From Raillietiella orientalis (Eukaryota), in NCBI GenBank assembly GCA_036172245.1, contig JAYWIR010000001.1, positions 11,036,001 to 11,100,000 of the forward strand: a stretch of DNA of 64,000 nt, read 5' to 3'. The translations under genes and the position numbers were made by a program. A model generated the notes under the pieces. It was given only the letters and a program-made list of their open reading frames with translations. It was not told the DNA's origin and made no database searches. Below are positions 60,496 through 64,000 of this stretch, in pieces (positions within the stretch are counted from its first letter, which is position 1; every line of letters begins with the position of its first letter).

Positions 60496-63380
60496 TCCCC
60501 CCCCCCCCAATTTAAAATGGAATCGATAGCACATCGTGAAGGGATGGCTTGGGAAGATACGCTTTGATTGATGGATACAATAAATGTCCTGAATATCGGT
60601 AAATACACAGGATTCCCTAAGACAATCAGGGTCGATGAAAACGCAATGAGAATTATTAAAAAATCAAATGACGGAAAGGGAGTAGCTGTGATTCTTAGTT
60701 CTAAGTTTGTGCGCATAGAATTTAATGTATAAAAATGAATGGGAAAATGATCGATATGTGTAACGCGGTGTGGAAAAAGTGATACGAAATGAGGAAGCTG
60801 TTAAAAAGTTGCCATGAGCAGCACTGGAATTTTTCTAAATATACGATCTATGCATCAGTCTTTATGAGCTACCCTGCATTCTTTCTAGCTATGAAGTTTC
60901 CGCCCTTATTTTAAGGCTTCTGTCCTTTCTCGGTCTCGTATGTACATACAGAAGGCGATACCAAACAGGCGCACATAAAAGAAAAGCCTGTCAACTAAGT
61001 TTGTTGTTCCTGGCATCCCAAAACTGTAGGAAGCCATCCCAATTAACCTTTTAGCAAATTATTATCTTTCCTTTTCTTATGGTATGTATTAATCTCTTCT
61101 GGACTTTCGAGTTTTGTGTCGAGCCTTTTTTTTTTTTTTACTATTGAGGAAAATAGGTGCTGCTCATCGTGCTTCTGGTGATGAGACCACACAACACTCT
61201 ACGGTGCCTTTGGCCTCCTACTCCAAAAAAGGGAAAATCTCCAGGATTCCTGAAGGTACTTTTTTCGTTCGCAAAATCTGTTTCGAAACTGAACGGTCCA
61301 GCCTTTCGCATCCTTTCCGGCAACATTTTTTCCTGTCCTGGTGTCATCAGTTCCCTCATATCCTTCGGGTGTTTTCCCGTTCTTTGTTCCAAAGGCATTC
61401 GTTCCAAAAACGAACCAAAACGAAGGCTCACCCCAAAGGCCTTTCCACTTTTCGATAAGATGCAACCGTGTGCTTTCAGCCAGACGAGGGTTGCCTTTCT
61501 GATTTTTTGGATTGCGGTTAAACTATCGCAGGCGAGCACATGTAAGATTTTAGAAATAGCTGGAAATTTTCCTATTGGCTGCTGATAATCTCGAAAATTT
61601 TCCTTAACTTGGGAGGAAAGCCCCTGAAATTCCTTGGCTTAAGAAGGAGATGCTTCCGAAAAGTCAAGAGAGCCCATTTGTGCCTTCTGGCCTGTTCCGT
61701 GGATAGACTATATCAACAGCAAGCGAAAGGCCTTGCGAGCGTATCAGGGAAAATCTTAATGTACCAAGCAGGAGATACTATCAAAACTTTGCAGTGAATC
61801 AGACGCGGTGACCCATCTGATAAGCACCCACAAACGCCAAAACGCATCAAACACCCCCGGTGTCACCTCTGAGATAACGTAACGTCATGTGCGGAACGAG
61901 ATGAAATGTCAAGGTTCTCAAGATGCAGCGCCAGATGTTGAGCTTGGATGGAAATCGTGGTGGCTTTGAAGACGGGGCTCGCAAACCAACTCGAACCTGA
62001 GGAGCTGTCCTTGCTTCAAACGACGACAGAAGGGACACACGTCCACGGTGATTGCATTCTGCAAATCTGCAAAGGAATTCCTTGGTCACGAAGCTTATCG
62101 CCACAGAATGCGTGCAACTGTCCTTTTCAGTCCAACAGCCACCGATAAGAATTCCTATGACGACGGATTTCCAGAATCTTTCAGAAGGATGCACACTTCG
62201 TGCCTGCCATTCTATTCACAAGGCTCGGAAGTTTGGTCCTGGATGTACCGCGATGGTGAAAACCCGTGATGGTGGTCCACGTTTTTTGGTTGGCATTTTC
62301 TGTTGTTTCAAAATCAGGCCTCCGATTCAAAAGCACAAGGACCACAAGTTAAAGAGAAGTGTGTCAGTAATGAAATCCCACAGAAGCGGGCGATTCCGAT
62401 TATGCCTTCCTAAGCTCGGAAGTCTGAAGAATCCTCCGAGATATCTCCCCAATGGCCAAAATCAGAAACTGCCTCCCATGATCAATATACGATTTTCTCA
62501 CCTCACATTCATTTATACCGGTAAGTCAGGAGAAATTCACTCGCATTCATAGTATTCAGCCCCAGAACTGGGGAAGCGGGGGATTCGAGGTTAACTTTTT
62601 AAAAGGAAAATCCGACATTGAAAATTGCAAATACTTCCTTAACAGGCGGTAAAAGGTTTTCTCACTAAAGGAACCGCAGCTTTGGTTTTGGAACCACCTA
62701 TTTGGTACATTATGACATCGCGGCTATTCTGATCATTTAATGCCACCGCGGTTCGGATGCGACTGCAATTTCTGCCACCCAATGGACCAAACCGGTCGGC
62801 TCCGTCTCTCGACACGAGAAAGACCGTGGTCCCTCAAAGTGCGAGGGATGCCTGTCCTCCGGAGCAACTCAAAAAAAAAAAAAAAAAAGGTGCACACGTA
62901 CACCACAAACAGGTGTGCACACGTACACCAGAAAACCGTTAAGAGCTCCGCTGGGCTTTCGATGCCATCACTTGGCACAAACAAAAACATTGGGGCATGC
63001 TTGGCATTAACTATAAAAATAATTTTATTAATTTGGTCTCCAGAAAGGAGAGAGAAAGAGGGAGGGAGGAGAAGAGAGAGAGAGAGAGAGAAAACAAACA
63101 ATCATTGATTTGGAAACATCAAGAATATCAGAATCGAGGCTTTCCTGATTTCACTGGCACCAAAGAATACAATACAAAAATAGGGGCAAAGTAGTACCAC
63201 TCATTGGAGAGGCTTTCCATTTGTATCAACATGAAATCACGAACAGTGAAATGTTACTTAAAAAATTAAAGTTTCCATGATTCTAGTACGTAGACATAAA
63301 CAGCATCAAAGAGAAATCTTTTAACATCCTGTTAGGCACATAAAAAACAATATTAAGTAACTTTTAAATGTTATTATTTG

Positions 63381-64000
63381 CTAAGGAAGAATCTCTGAAG
63401 CTACAGGTTGATAATGTGGGGATGGTACTTTCCTCACAGCACTCCGGCTGTTACTGGAAGGAAAAGGAGGAGGGGGATTATAGGAATTATCTCCTGTAGG
63501 CAAAGGATCATAACCACTATTTCGAGGGTTTCTACCACTCTCAAGAAATGAAGACTGTGAATATCTTGGAGGCGGTACATCTCGATTTTGAGGTGAATAC
63601 ACTGGGAGTTTTACATGTTCATCTTCATACTCATTGGGTAATATAGCTGGGATACCTTTCCCCAGCCCTTTACGGTGGCTGGCCACATTCATTCTACCTG
63701 AACGTCTTTTCTGACAAAAGCAGCATGCAGCCATTGCAGCAACAAACAACATGACTGCAATAATAATTGATGGCACTACAAATGTTACTAAAGAATCATC
63801 ATCCTCAAGTATCTTCCCTGTTGGTTCTAGCATAGGATGAATAGCCTGCAAAGGGGGAACTTTACCAAGGCAAGCATTCAATGGAGTTACTTCGGCACGT
63901 GTCACCATAAAAGGAGGAAGGAACGCTTGATGCAAGTTCTCATTCATAGAGCCATTAGGATGGACCAAAAATGAGCTCAAGTGATTTATTAAGGTGTTAT
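63381..64000 (-). CDS. Dg: Dystroglycan, C-terminal coding region (5' partial; frame is open to the window edge)
   Basis: End of the SEA-like ectodomain (PPFMVTRAEVTPLNAC), TM helix TFVVPSIIIAVMLFVAAMAACC, basic KRRSGRM, KGIPAILPNEYE (cf. dystroglycan KGIPVIFxDExE), and a proline-rich tail with PPPRY and YNPPPPF. Confidence 0.85.
   Translation of the reverse strand, partial: NTLINHLSSFLVHPNGSMNENLHQAFLPPFMVTRAEVTPLNACLGKVPPLQAIHPMLEPTGKILEDDDSLVTFVVPSIIIAVMLFVAAMAACCFCQKRRSGRMNVASHRKGLGKGIPAILPNEYEDEHVKLPVYSPQNRDVPPPRYSQSSFLESGRNPRNSGYDPLPTGDNSYNPPPPFPSSNSRSAVRKVPSPHYQPVASEILP

Noticed and set aside
1-64000. CRISPR array or prokaryotic operon/defence system
   Set aside because: No regularly spaced repeat-spacer units; the only bacterial-type sequence is the short gyrB fragment.

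Overview
Eukaryotic (animal, probably arthropod) genomic DNA with spliceosomal introns. Roughly 1-25 kb is a GC-rich pile of decayed repeats. It holds several L1/Tx1-type LINE copies (one recent 5'-truncated copy has a perfect 15-bp target-site duplication), a decayed 28S rRNA fragment abutting a LINE, and a tRNA-headed SINE-like repeat family. It also holds a ~450-bp AT-rich bacterial gyrB fragment (Wolbachia/Rickettsiales-like), inserted cleanly into one copy of that repeat; three uninterrupted copies in the window show the empty site. Host genes: a 9-exon GC-rich Kelch-like 10 gene (26708-40828, +), a compact AT-rich 8-exon Mon1 gene (48385-50696, +), and the 3' end of dystroglycan (63381->64000, -), whose C-terminal PPxY motif is missing. 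Pogo/Tigger-like remnants lie at ~53.5-55.5 kb. All family assignments come from recalled motifs, not database searches.
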